64,000 bases of DNA from Bacteriovoracia bacterium. GTDB taxonomy: Bacteria > Bdellovibrionota > UBA1018 > CAIPTA01. Made by a program: the position numbers and the translations under genes. Shown piece after piece: positions 10,227-19,463 of the stretch (position 1 is its first letter; every line of letters begins with the position of its first letter). The notes under the pieces were generated by a model, which saw only the letters and a program-made list of their open reading frames with translations, was not told the origin of the DNA and ran no database searches. Location: positions 128,001 to 192,000 of the forward strand of contig JBFWVL010000006.1 of the NCBI GenBank assembly GCA_050246755.1, written 5' to 3'.

Positions 10227-10709
10227 ATGCAATACGTGCGAAGCATGACGCTCTTTTTGGCGTTATCCGGGACATTAATTGGCTCTTTGGCCGAAGCCGC
10301 CGAATCCGGATTCGATACCAATCAGCGTATTCACATATACGAGTCCGTTTTGGCGAAGCATGGATATCTCATTAACAATGTTGAGCGCGAATCCAGCATC
10401 GGCGTGAGCACGATCTTATATCCGCTGACATCAACGGTAGCTTACTTTTTCGCCCCCAAGGGATGGTATCAAAATTCGCCTGAGCGAATCTCATTTGTGA
10501 CCGACAAGACTGAGCGAGTCGTTTGCGATTGGGCACTCATTACCGTTCAGGCAGCCGGAAGTAAGCCCACTGTTCAAATTGGTAACTGCACGGGAGCCGC
10601 CGGTTTTCAGAAACTCACTACTGAACAGAAAATTGGAAACGTCCTACGCATGGACGGCCCGAGTATCGATATTCTTATTGATGAGGCCGTGGATACCTCT
10701 AATGATTAA
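10227..10709 (+). CDS. secreted hypothetical protein
   Basis: GGAGG RBS, signal peptide ending AEA. Confidence 0.7.
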   Translation: MQYVRSMTLFLALSGTLIGSLAEAAESGFDTNQRIHIYESVLAKHGYLINNVERESSIGVSTILYPLTSTVAYFFAPKGWYQNSPERISFVTDKTERVVCDWALITVQAAGSKPTVQIGNCTGAAGFQKLTTEQKIGNVLRMDGPSIDILIDEAVDTSND

Positions 10710-10771
10710 CCTCTCGGCCGCTTGAGCACTGGCTCGGTGCGAAGTTTCTGATTTGGCAGCAAGGGCAAAAT

Positions 10772-11875
10772 ATGATTCGAAGTTTGGCGTTGATGTTTAT
10801 TAGCCTGAGTTTTTGCGGCCCTGCCTTGGCAGCGGGTGTTCGTACCTTTAATACAGCGGGCGTTTGCCTTTCTACCCCAGAAGTTCCTCGCGACCCGGTT
10901 GATGCGAAGGCGCTGCTGTCTTGCGTTTTGCCCAATCCTCAGAAACTCCCGAAAATAATCATTGCGGGTGAGATTCACGCTTATGCCATAGCCGCTCCAA
11001 GCATAGCGGGACAAGCCTATGTCAAATCAGCCAAAAACTCGGAAGACTATTTCAAAAAAGTTTTGAGTCGTGCCCTAAAGTCAGAAGTCCTTTTCGCTAG
11101 CGAAGGATTCAGTGCCACGCTGGATGCCAAGCCTTTTCAGATAAAAACTTTCAAAGACCTGGATGCGGCCGGGTATGGTCGTTTACCCCTCGAGGGCGAA
11201 CTTGAGTTGGCTCTGGGTGGAATGATTCACTTCTCAACTTTCAATCTTTACCAATCCATGAGCAAAGACGACCCGGATTACGGCATCTACCTTGACGGTC
11301 GTGTCGATAATCTGCTGCTGACATTTGCGCGCAACAATTATCTCCAAATGGCATTTAAAAAAATCCCTCGACCCTATAAAGAAGACTCTCGTGAGTTTAT
11401 TGCGCAGCTTTTTGATAAGCTTGAGTGCTTCGAAGATCCTCGCGTCTTAATCGAATATCTGCGCAAAAATTTATATCCTCAATGGGGGCCTGAGCTTCAG
11501 CCTCGCATTCGTCAGGCCTTTATCGACGTCTTTGGTGACATTTACCAAAACTTAGCCGCAATCGCTGAACAGCGACTAACCGATAAAGAACTGGGACAAC
11601 AGATGCACGGTCTTATTTCAGGAAAAGGCTTTGAAAAAGACAGCAATAAATTCCAAGACCAATTCATGCCGCTAGTGAACCAAGTCCGTAACGAGCGCAT
11701 GAGTGACAATCTAGAAATGCTCTACTGCGCGCTAGCGCAGAAATCGAAAGACATTTATGTTCAAGTGGGTGCCGTACACGCACTTCCTTTGGCCGCGAAA
11801 ATGCGTGAGCTTTTTACCCAGCGCGGACTCGACCCTAAACTGGTTGAGGTTGTCGACACCACCCAGGCGCCTTAA
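10772..11875 (+). CDS. secreted protein, possible TraB/Tiki/EreA/ChaN superfamily metalloenzyme
   Basis: Signal peptide; ordered motifs IIAGEIH, ASEG, RNERM, VQVGAVH. Confidence 0.55.
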   Translation: MIRSLALMFISLSFCGPALAAGVRTFNTAGVCLSTPEVPRDPVDAKALLSCVLPNPQKLPKIIIAGEIHAYAIAAPSIAGQAYVKSAKNSEDYFKKVLSRALKSEVLFASEGFSATLDAKPFQIKTFKDLDAAGYGRLPLEGELELALGGMIHFSTFNLYQSMSKDDPDYGIYLDGRVDNLLLTFARNNYLQMAFKKIPRPYKEDSREFIAQLFDKLECFEDPRVLIEYLRKNLYPQWGPELQPRIRQAFIDVFGDIYQNLAAIAEQRLTDKELGQQMHGLISGKGFEKDSNKFQDQFMPLVNQVRNERMSDNLEMLYCALAQKSKDIYVQVGAVHALPLAAKMRELFTQRGLDPKLVEVVDTTQAP

Positions 11876-11960
11876 TTACTCCGTTACTGGATAAAACCAC
11901 TGGTCATTGGGTCGGGCGATCATCAACAAAGTTCAGGAAAATAATCATTTTTCTAGAGAG

Positions 11961-11995
11961 AAAAAGCTCGGAGGCTGCCGAGCTTTTTATTTTTT
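11961..11995. terminator. bidirectional intrinsic terminator
   Basis: AAAAAGCTCGG-N6-CCGAGCTTTTT between convergent genes. Confidence 0.85.
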
Positions 11996-12016
11996 GAGGC
12001 CGTCAATTCGCCAGGG

Positions 12017-12283
12017 CTACTGGCACACCTTGGGGTAGAGCCTAACATTGCTCTCTACAATCAGAGCGCTCATTGTGCAGCCGCCCGAGGTGACAATTTG
12101 ATAGCCAAATCTATCACCCGATTGGATTCTGTGAATTGTCCAAAGGTCGCCAGCCTTTTCTAATTCTTGCTTCACTTGTGAATCCGATAAGATGGCCGCA
12201 AGTTCCTGAGCTGTGGATTTAAAATCTGCGTGCACAGTCGTAGCTCCGAAAACCGCAAGAAAAACGAATACAAGTTTTATCAT
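12017..12283 (-). CDS. small secreted protein
   Basis: MIKLVFVFLAVFGATTVHA signal peptide, Cys pair. Confidence 0.65.
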   Translation of the reverse strand: MIKLVFVFLAVFGATTVHADFKSTAQELAAILSDSQVKQELEKAGDLWTIHRIQSGDRFGYQIVTSGGCTMSALIVESNVRLYPKVCQ

Positions 12284-12327
12284 TTTATGCCTCAAAATAA
12301 AATTTGGATTGATGGGCTTGGTTGTGA

Positions 12328-12750
12328 TCAGCGGCTCAATTTTCCCTTGGAAGACATGTGCCACATTTGATTTTGCGAGTCGTAGCAATTCACGCCCCAA
12401 AATTCAAAACGCGAGCATCCTCCTCCATCGCAATCGACGTTCGGAATGAGGGCTTCGCAGGCAAGTCCGTTGTTCGTGCTGAAGTGAACTAAGTTTGCAT
12501 TCAACATCGAGGCGGAAAAGGTCAAGTTCGAGACATAGGATATATGGGCAACGCCCCCGTGGGGGCGGGCCATTCGGCTGACGAGAACATTTACGCGAGC
12601 TTTGATTTGGGGTTTCATATTGGCCCAGTAGACTTGCGCTTGACGATCACTCTGCGCACGGGCGGCATCCTCCCGATTCGTGAAGAGATCAGCCTTCGCA
12701 ACGGTTCCACAAAGCAACGACACCATAATAAAAAGCATACTTTTATTCAT
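12328..12750 (-). CDS. secreted Cys-containing protein
   Basis: AAGGAG RBS, signal peptide ending AKA. Confidence 0.7.
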   Translation of the reverse strand: MNKSMLFIMVSLLCGTVAKADLFTNREDAARAQSDRQAQVYWANMKPQIKARVNVLVSRMARPHGGVAHISYVSNLTFSASMLNANLVHFSTNNGLACEALIPNVDCDGGGCSRFEFWGVNCYDSQNQMWHMSSKGKLSR

Positions 12751-12763
12751 TTGATTCTCCTTT

Positions 12764-13174
12764 TCACTTATTTAAATTAGCGGAGCAGTCCCCAATGAGT
12801 CTCTCGCATTGGGTAGCGAAGTTTTTCCCCTCGCAGGAACTTAGAAGCTGCCAGCTCGTTTGTGTCTGTTCGGTGAGGCTGCGCTTACAGAAAAAGTCTC
12901 CAAAGTCGAACACACGACCGCCATTGGGCGCATAACTGATCGTTGTCGAGATTGTTCGCATGGCATTACCGGGTGAAGTGATCCACAAGGTCGGCTGCGC
13001 GCCCATGCGGCGTCCATTATCAATGGAAAACTCACGGAATTGAATTTTCGTACCCTGGCAGTCCAAAGTTACCATCGGCATGCCCATGCCCCCGCCGCTG
13101 TTGTCCACTCCAGTACGCGCCCATGCTGTGGGCGCGAGCGATAAAAGAACTGTTAAAAGCAAAGTCATTTTCAT
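12764..13174 (-). CDS. secreted protein with N-terminal GVDNSGGG motif
   Basis: MKMTLL...AWA|RTGVDNSGGG. Confidence 0.7.
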   Translation of the reverse strand: MKMTLLLTVLLSLAPTAWARTGVDNSGGGMGMPMVTLDCQGTKIQFREFSIDNGRRMGAQPTLWITSPGNAMRTISTTISYAPNGGRVFDFGDFFCKRSLTEQTQTSWQLLSSCEGKNFATQCERLIGDCSANLNK

Positions 13175-13203
13175 AAAACACCTCGTAAAACTAATAAAAA
13201 AGT

Positions 13204-14136
13204 TCATCTAGCTAAAGTTCCGTAGCAATAGCGGTAGCCCATTGCTTCTGTCGCAGAACGGCGATCCTTCTCAATAGACAGCTCGACACGTCGGTAAGAG
13301 CCGGGGCCGATCCCAACTTCTCCAACAATGAGGTCGAACGTGAAAGCCGTTACCCCTTCAGCATCACCTTGTTTATTTTTAAATACCAAAACGGAATTGC
13401 GATCTTCGCAGCTTAAGCGGCCACCCGCCGCCCAAACACAGCTTGTTTCTGGGACATTGAGTTCCAAGACGGAATAAATTTTCTCTTTAGGAAGTCCCAG
13501 TTTTTCGGCAATCACTAGCCGGTCTACATAACCCAAGGCTTCAAATCGCAGAAAAATTTTTCCGTCTTTGATTCGAGCTGAAAATGAGCTGGTATATGTG
13601 TCCGTGCAATCCATCAGGTCCGTTCCCGTTGCTTTCGGCTTAATGGCGAGCTTCGTGACTACGGTTTGTTCCAGAAATTCCGTAAGCTGATTGGAAATTT
13701 CATAATGGGAAACTTCTCCTTCGCTGACTTCCAATCCCGCCAGGCTTGCGTATTCGTGATGAATAAGGACGTATTGATCCGCGAAACTAGAAGAGGACAT
13801 TCTTGAGGCATTGCACCGAATCCTAGTTTCTCCCTGTTCGGTTGAATTGATGCATGTTTTTTCCGAGCTGCCGATACGCAAAGTTTCATCTACGCAAGAA
13901 ACCTTCGCGCTTCCCAATGCGCTTTGCATGGCCGAGAGATACCGCTCTTCGGAGATGCCTGAAGGGAGAAGCAGCTCTTTGTATCCGCCGCCGCTAACCC
14001 ATGCCGAAATATCGTTTCGTATGTCGTAAATCCGAGACTCGCAAAGATCGCCACCGCCGCTATTATCCACGCCGATTCTGGCCCAAGCCGATGCGCTAAC
14101 ACTGAAGATCCCAAGTAGAAGTAAGACCGTTTTCAT
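13204..14136 (-). CDS. secreted protein with N-terminal GVDNSGGG motif and HHE motif
   Basis: MKTVLL...AWA|RIGVDNSGGGD; LIHHEYASLAG. Confidence 0.75.
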   Translation of the reverse strand: MKTVLLLLGIFSVSASAWARIGVDNSGGGDLCESRIYDIRNDISAWVSGGGYKELLLPSGISEERYLSAMQSALGSAKVSCVDETLRIGSSEKTCINSTEQGETRIRCNASRMSSSSFADQYVLIHHEYASLAGLEVSEGEVSHYEISNQLTEFLEQTVVTKLAIKPKATGTDLMDCTDTYTSSFSARIKDGKIFLRFEALGYVDRLVIAEKLGLPKEKIYSVLELNVPETSCVWAAGGRLSCEDRNSVLVFKNKQGDAEGVTAFTFDLIVGEVGIGPGSYRRVELSIEKDRRSATEAMGYRYCYGTLAR

Positions 14137-14231
14137 AAAGAAATTCCCCTAATTGGCGGCACCTTATAAGTATGTTGTGCGTTGCGCAACGTAAAATTAA
14201 TTAGCAAATAGAATTTTCACTAACTATAAGT

Positions 14232-15047
14232 ATGCAAATGCGAACCCTCTATTCGTTTACGAACTACAAGGACTATCTCAACGCCAAACTCGATGAACTC
14301 GACGATGGAGGGCGAGGTGCCCGGGCGCAAATGTCTCGCTCTATAGGCTGCCAAACGGCCTATACAGCCCGCGTACTGCGGGGAGACGCCCACTTTAGCT
14401 TGGAACAAGCGGAGGCTATCAACGACTTCCTGGGGCATCCTGAAGAGCAAGGGCATTACTTCCTGCTTCTCGTCCAGCACACCAAAGCGGGGTCGCCCAA
14501 GCTGCGCGCGCGATTTCAGAAAATGATTCAGCAAGTGCAAGATGGGCAAAGTCTTCTCAAAAACCGCTTAGGAACCAAAGAAAATCTGGATGAGCGAGAT
14601 AGAATCATGTTCTACAGCTCTTGGATTTATCCAGCGATCCATGCACTGATTTCGATTCCTGGACACGAAACTCCCGAAAAAATTGCTCATCGCCTCAAGC
14701 TCGGGACCAAACAAGCTGTTTCCGGCGTTGAGTTTCTACTGGAAACGGGCCTTGTTGAGCGAAGCAAAAATGGAGCCCTAAGCGTGGGCAAAAGACAGAC
14801 GCACCTGGGGGCGGATTCGCCACTCATAGCTAAATACCATACTAGCTGGCGGGTGCAGGCGCTCAGGGCAATCGAGGAAGACCCCCAGCAAGGACTTCAT
14901 TATTCTTCTGTCGTGTCCATTTCTCGCCTGGATTTTGAATCTTTAAAGGAAGAGTTCATCGACTCCATTAGGCGAGCTAAAGAAGTCATTCGCAAATCTC
15001 CCGAAGAAGAACTTTGCGGGCTCTCTTTAGACTTCTACAAAATTTAA
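14232..15047 (+). CDS. TIGR02147/DUF4423 family putative regulator
   Basis: YSFTNYKDYL, HTH-like segment, FYSSWIY, YHTSWR, C-terminal LSLDFYKI; divergent from secreted genes. Confidence 0.8.
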   Translation: MQMRTLYSFTNYKDYLNAKLDELDDGGRGARAQMSRSIGCQTAYTARVLRGDAHFSLEQAEAINDFLGHPEEQGHYFLLLVQHTKAGSPKLRARFQKMIQQVQDGQSLLKNRLGTKENLDERDRIMFYSSWIYPAIHALISIPGHETPEKIAHRLKLGTKQAVSGVEFLLETGLVERSKNGALSVGKRQTHLGADSPLIAKYHTSWRVQALRAIEEDPQQGLHYSSVVSISRLDFESLKEEFIDSIRRAKEVIRKSPEEELCGLSLDFYKI

Positions 15048-15221
15048 AGCGCTTGACCTGAAAAAGTGTAGGCATTCAGCTTGTCGAGAAAGTCCTGAAC
15101 CTCTTGTTGGCGTGGAGCCGCCAGCTTTTCGCAAGTCTTCAAACTACATTTACCCGCCATGATTTGCGCAAAGGAGTTTATTTTCCCACTTACAGGCTGG
15201 CGATAAAGCAACAAGACAGAT

Positions 15222-16091
15222 TCAGATTTTGGCGCAAACTTTCGACAGCCAGGATTCAAGTTGAGAGGCTCTCTGTCTGGCGCGAATTGAGTTTCGTTGC
15301 CACCAGAGGCAAACATTCCGATCCATTTTTGTCCGATGCTCAATCTCGATAAGGGAGCCGTTTTCAATTTCCTCTTTCACCAAGAGAGTCGGGACAAAGC
15401 TCCAACCTGCTCCATGAATCAGGGCGGACCTTACGCCAATCAGGTTGTCCATCGAAGCGAAGAACATATTGGGAGGAGGCGATTCGAGCGATAAGGTGGC
15501 AGCAGAGTTCATTCCATGATGTTGAATGAACGGAAGCTGTAGGAAGTCTTGTAAAGTAACGCCTTTGCGGCCGGAAAAGTTCTTTTTGAAAAGAGGTTCC
15601 GAAATGACGAGGGACCATTTTTCTTGGCAGATTCTTTTATGGGCGATGGCTGGATTTTCTGGTGGATGACAGACAACAACAAAATCACAATCTCCTTCGA
15701 GAAGGGCGCTCTCAAAACCAGAGTCTGGGATGCTGAACTGAATGTCAGTCGTTTTCAGTTGGCGATGGAGAGTGAGGACTTCAGGGATCAAAAGACGTTC
15801 GGCGAACCAAGTGGTAGCGGCGATTCGTATAGTGGTTTCGGATAGAAGAAGTCGTTTTTGTCCTAAGATATTCTCTTGGGTCCAGCTCACTAAGGCCAGC
15901 CCCTTATTTGTCAACTCCCAGCGACCTTGGTTCTTCCTCAAAACGTCATGTTCTGACGCGATTTTCTGCACTTTGCGCAAGAGCCCTCCAGGATCACAAT
16001 CCAAGTTCCTTGCCGCCTCTCTTAATGATGAGGAGTTGTGGAGGGCAAGCAAGATCAGGCAATCATCTGAGGAAATAAGATATTTATCCAT
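15222..16091 (-). CDS. LysR family transcriptional regulator
   Basis: SSLREAARNL HTH, LTNKG, LLEGDCDF, GWSFVP; about 290 aa. Confidence 0.85.
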   Translation of the reverse strand: MDKYLISSDDCLILLALHNSSSLREAARNLDCDPGGLLRKVQKIASEHDVLRKNQGRWELTNKGLALVSWTQENILGQKRLLLSETTIRIAATTWFAERLLIPEVLTLHRQLKTTDIQFSIPDSGFESALLEGDCDFVVVCHPPENPAIAHKRICQEKWSLVISEPLFKKNFSGRKGVTLQDFLQLPFIQHHGMNSAATLSLESPPPNMFFASMDNLIGVRSALIHGAGWSFVPTLLVKEEIENGSLIEIEHRTKMDRNVCLWWQRNSIRARQRASQLESWLSKVCAKI

Positions 16092-16147
16092 GTTGATAAA
16101 TTTATAGATTGTCTGTTGCTTTATATCAACAGACATCTTTATCAACA
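16091..16147. promoter_or_regulatory. nested inverted repeats, putative LysR operator
   Basis: TGTCTGTTG-N8-CAACAGACA (16110-16135) inside TGTTGATAAA...TTTATCAACA. Confidence 0.55.
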
Positions 16148-16211
16148 TCGCATAAAAAATAAAAAGCGGAGGACGACTCGTTCTTCTGCTTATTTTTAAG
16201 GGGAGGAAGAA

Positions 16212-16619
16212 ATGTTTCGTGCCGCAATTTTTATGCTTTTCACATTTTCAGGGGTGAATACGTTTGCCGGAGCTATGCCATCTCCGGAGAAGCTATGTTT
16301 TGATGCCTGCATTGGAGAGTCCCCCAATAATGTCAATGCGTGTTTAGATAAATGCTATGGAGAAAACCATATTTATCGCAACGATTCCAGCGGCATTTTT
16401 ATCGTGGAAGCCAGAGGAAAATGCTCGTTTGTATTTGATCCCGATTGTCAGCGGCTGGTGGAAAATCTCAAAACTCAAAATTACTCGGTGGCTCAGTCCG
16501 AGTGTCGCAGATCACGGGTCCACCAACTCAGCGACTTTGTCATGCGCCATAGGGTTACTATGAGAGACGACAACAGCGAAGTGCTGTGGATCTCTGTAAA
16601 GTATCAGTGCGGCCTCTAG
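16212..16619 (+). CDS. secreted Cys-rich protein
   Basis: GGAGG RBS, signal peptide, CxxxC..CxxxC. Confidence 0.7.
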   Translation: MFRAAIFMLFTFSGVNTFAGAMPSPEKLCFDACIGESPNNVNACLDKCYGENHIYRNDSSGIFIVEARGKCSFVFDPDCQRLVENLKTQNYSVAQSECRRSRVHQLSDFVMRHRVTMRDDNSEVLWISVKYQCGL

Positions 16620-16807
16620 TGGTAACGGGTAGAAACAAGATCGGAATATCACGTCTTTTTATTTAAATCGCTCGTTTGGATATTGCTGACGAAAAGTTAA
16701 TTTTATCGCTCCAAATTAATTACTAAAATCTGGACCGAATAATTAGCCGCTTCTATAAAAAGGCTCGGGCAAGTCCCGGCGAAGTTGAGATAACAAAGGG
16801 GGAACAC

Positions 16808-17239
16808 ATGAAAACAATTTTATTTATTTTTTCAGCCATGCTTATGCAACCGGCTCTCAGTTGGGCGGGATGCAATCCTTGCGTTTGCGGACCAGGCAAT
16901 GGACAGCCCATTGACGAGGTTGGCTGTAAGGGAGTTCAGCCCAGCCAAGTGCTCTACTGCCAAGGCGGGCCGGGCGCTGCATCTGCTATTTTGGAACTCT
17001 ATCCGGCTTCGGGAAATCAGAGAATCGCTAAAATGACTCTAAAAAACGCCGCCTTTCCGCGAGGAATCAGAGGCACCTATGAATTATATCAAGGAAGCTC
17101 AAAGAGCTCTTACGGTAACGGGGTGTTGGGAGCATTGGATAGCAACATTATTTTTACTCCGCCAAATCATCTGAGTGTATATGCCCAAGGAAATTACGAT
17201 ATTGAATTTGGCTATGGAGTCCATTTTATCTGTCAGTAG
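16808..17239 (+). CDS. secreted Cys-rich protein
   Basis: Signal peptide ending SWA followed by GCNPCVC. Confidence 0.7.
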   Translation: MKTILFIFSAMLMQPALSWAGCNPCVCGPGNGQPIDEVGCKGVQPSQVLYCQGGPGAASAILELYPASGNQRIAKMTLKNAAFPRGIRGTYELYQGSSKSSYGNGVLGALDSNIIFTPPNHLSVYAQGNYDIEFGYGVHFICQ

Positions 17240-17267
17240 GAGTTTCAAATTAAAAAAGGCCAACTGA

Positions 17268-17303
17268 GGCTCGACTCTTAAGAGCGAGCCCCTGTGGTTT
17301 TTT
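17268..17303 (+). terminator. putative terminator
   Basis: GGCTCG...CGAGCC hairpin followed by a T tract. Confidence 0.45.
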
Positions 17304-17322
17304 CTATAACGATAGGCTGCGG

Positions 17323-17610
17323 GTGACATGGTTTGTGAAATTCAACGAGCGTCTAAAACAATTTCGAGTTCTAGCAAAGCTTTCACAAAGAGAGGCCGCT
17401 CATCGTATCGGGGTTCCTGAATCCACCTATCGAGAATGGGAATATGGCAACGCCATACTTGGAGAACCATATCCTCGTGTTGCCAAAGTTTTCAACGTCA
17501 CACTAAACGAACTATTTGGCGTAAGCGACAGCATGGAAAGGTCAGCTACGGAAGAAATTGATAAAATCATCATGGAGCTTCAATTTTTGAAATCCAAGCT
17601 GCCTAAATAG
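17323..17610 (+). CDS. XRE family HTH regulator
   Basis: LSQREAAHRIGVPESTYREWEYG. Confidence 0.85.
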   Translation: MTWFVKFNERLKQFRVLAKLSQREAAHRIGVPESTYREWEYGNAILGEPYPRVAKVFNVTLNELFGVSDSMERSATEEIDKIIMELQFLKSKLPK

Positions 17611-17770
17611 CGGTCCTCCGTTTTTAAAAACGTAAGTCCATTATCACATTTAAATTGTTTACGATCTGCGATAGTCATTCGGCAGCGAAACTTCTGCCGG
17701 GATGAAAGACACCTAAAACACTCAGCGCCGACACCAAGGAGAGAATAGTCCCGCAATTTTGGAGGCTTCC

Positions 17771-19147
17771 GTGCAACATACATTACTCCTCGTAGATGAC
17801 AAGAGCGAAAATCTCGACTTCCTACGCTCGATCCTGAAGCCCCAAGGTTACAATATCTTCCCCGCTGATAGCGTGGATTATGGTGCAAGCCTCCTCAAAA
17901 GATATAAAGGAAAAGTCTCTCTCGCGCTGATCGACCACAGTATGCCAGGAAAAAACGGCGATGAGGCGATTCGGCTTTTCAAGAGCATCGACCCTGACCT
18001 TCAGTGCCTCACGATCACCGGCGAGCCCACGGAAGAAACGATCCAAAAGCACATGGAAGCAGGCTCTTACTCCGTATTGAGTCGCACGTTACAGGCCGAA
18101 ACTCTGAAATCTGTGGTCAGTAGCTATTGCCGAAAGTTCGAGACGAAAACAGCTCTTTCCGTCATCGCCACGCCCGACGGCGCCAAAGAAAGCATTATTG
18201 CGGCCCATGATTTTGTTGGGGCTTCAGACCATCTTGCGGAGCTTTGCCAGTTGATCGACCGTTATGCGAAGACGGAGGAATCCGTGCTCATTCGCGGAGA
18301 GAACGGTACCGGCAAAGAGCGCGTGGCGCGGGCCATCCACTCACATTCCACGGTAGAATCCGGCCCCTTCATCGCCGTCAACTGCGCCGCCATCAGCGAG
18401 GGCGTCATCGAAAGTGAACTCTTCGGACACGTCAAAGGCTCGTTTACGGGAGCCATGCGCGACCGCAACGGATATTTTCGGGATGCGAACGGCGGGACAC
18501 TTTTCTTGGATGAGATCGGCGACATGCCATTATCGGCCCAGGCGAAGCTTCTGCGGGCCTTGCAGGAAAAAGAAGTCGTGCCGGTCGGTGCTACGAAGCC
18601 CATCAAGATTCGGACCCGCATTATCGCGGCCACCAACACGAAGTTGGAAGACGCCGTAAAAGCGGGCCGCTTCCGCGAGGATCTTTATTACCGTCTCAAC
18701 GTCATGCCGATTCAAATTCTACCGCTCAAGGATCGACCCGAAGACATTGAGCCGTTGGTGCATTTTTCTCTTACTCGATGGAACAAAAAGACCGGACAGA
18801 GAAAAGAAGTCCGCGCCCGCACCATTTCGGCCCTCAAAGCCTACTCGTGGCCTGGCAACATTCGAGAACTTGAGGCGGTCATGGCTCGGGTGCTCGCGCG
18901 AACGGAAGCATCCATTATCGAGCCCGAACACTTGGACGAAAATATCCGCTTCTTAGTCTCAGAGACGGACACCGATTTTTCGGAAAGCTATCGGTGCTTG
19001 AAAGAGCGGCACGATACGGAGGAGCGAAAATTTTTGTCGGAGCTTTTGAAAAAATTCGGATCACTCGGCAAGGCGGCGCTCGCCTTGAACGTGGCGAAGG
19101 CAACACTTCACGGACGAATAAAAAAATTAGGAATCCAAACCAAGTAA
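17771..19147 (+). CDS. NtrC-family sigma54-dependent response regulator
   Basis: Receiver LLVDD..DHSMPG; GENGTGKE, ESELFGHVKGSFTGA, FLDEIG, FREDLYYRL, WPGNIREL, Fis-like HTH; GTG after GGAGG. Confidence 0.95.
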   Translation: MQHTLLLVDDKSENLDFLRSILKPQGYNIFPADSVDYGASLLKRYKGKVSLALIDHSMPGKNGDEAIRLFKSIDPDLQCLTITGEPTEETIQKHMEAGSYSVLSRTLQAETLKSVVSSYCRKFETKTALSVIATPDGAKESIIAAHDFVGASDHLAELCQLIDRYAKTEESVLIRGENGTGKERVARAIHSHSTVESGPFIAVNCAAISEGVIESELFGHVKGSFTGAMRDRNGYFRDANGGTLFLDEIGDMPLSAQAKLLRALQEKEVVPVGATKPIKIRTRIIAATNTKLEDAVKAGRFREDLYYRLNVMPIQILPLKDRPEDIEPLVHFSLTRWNKKTGQRKEVRARTISALKAYSWPGNIRELEAVMARVLARTEASIIEPEHLDENIRFLVSETDTDFSESYRCLKERHDTEERKFLSELLKKFGSLGKAALALNVAKATLHGRIKKLGIQTK

Positions 19148-19170
19148 ACCAAAGAAGAAGGGGGTCAAAT

Positions 19171-19449
19171 ATGAAAATGAAAACTGTCATGCTCGTTGCG
19201 CTTTTTACCGCTCTCAGCCAAGGCGCGTTGGCGGAGCCGCTAACCGTTGGTCAAATTCAAATGCCTGCGGAGATTCAGCCGCTCACTCAGGAACAGACTC
19301 AACAGGCCATTGCGACTTTGCTCCAAGAAGGTATCATTGAATGGGTGGATGGACATTTTGTGGTCAAAGACCAAAATGCGCTTGAGCAGCTTCGGCAGCG
19401 CGGTCGCGTGGATCTACAAGCCGCCGCCTATTCGGTTATCTGTTACTGA
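19171..19449 (+). CDS. small secreted protein, candidate peptide precursor (C-terminus AAAYSVICY)
   Basis: AAGGGGG RBS, signal peptide MKMKTVMLVALFTALSQGALA, 92 aa, single Cys at the penultimate position. Confidence 0.75.
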   Translation: MKMKTVMLVALFTALSQGALAEPLTVGQIQMPAEIQPLTQEQTQQAIATLLQEGIIEWVDGHFVVKDQNALEQLRQRGRVDLQAAAYSVICY

Positions 19450-19463
19450 GGCGACAGACCAAG

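Noticed and set aside
13745-13775. HHEYAS as a zincin active site
   Set aside because: Lacks the second His of HExxH; protease call not supported
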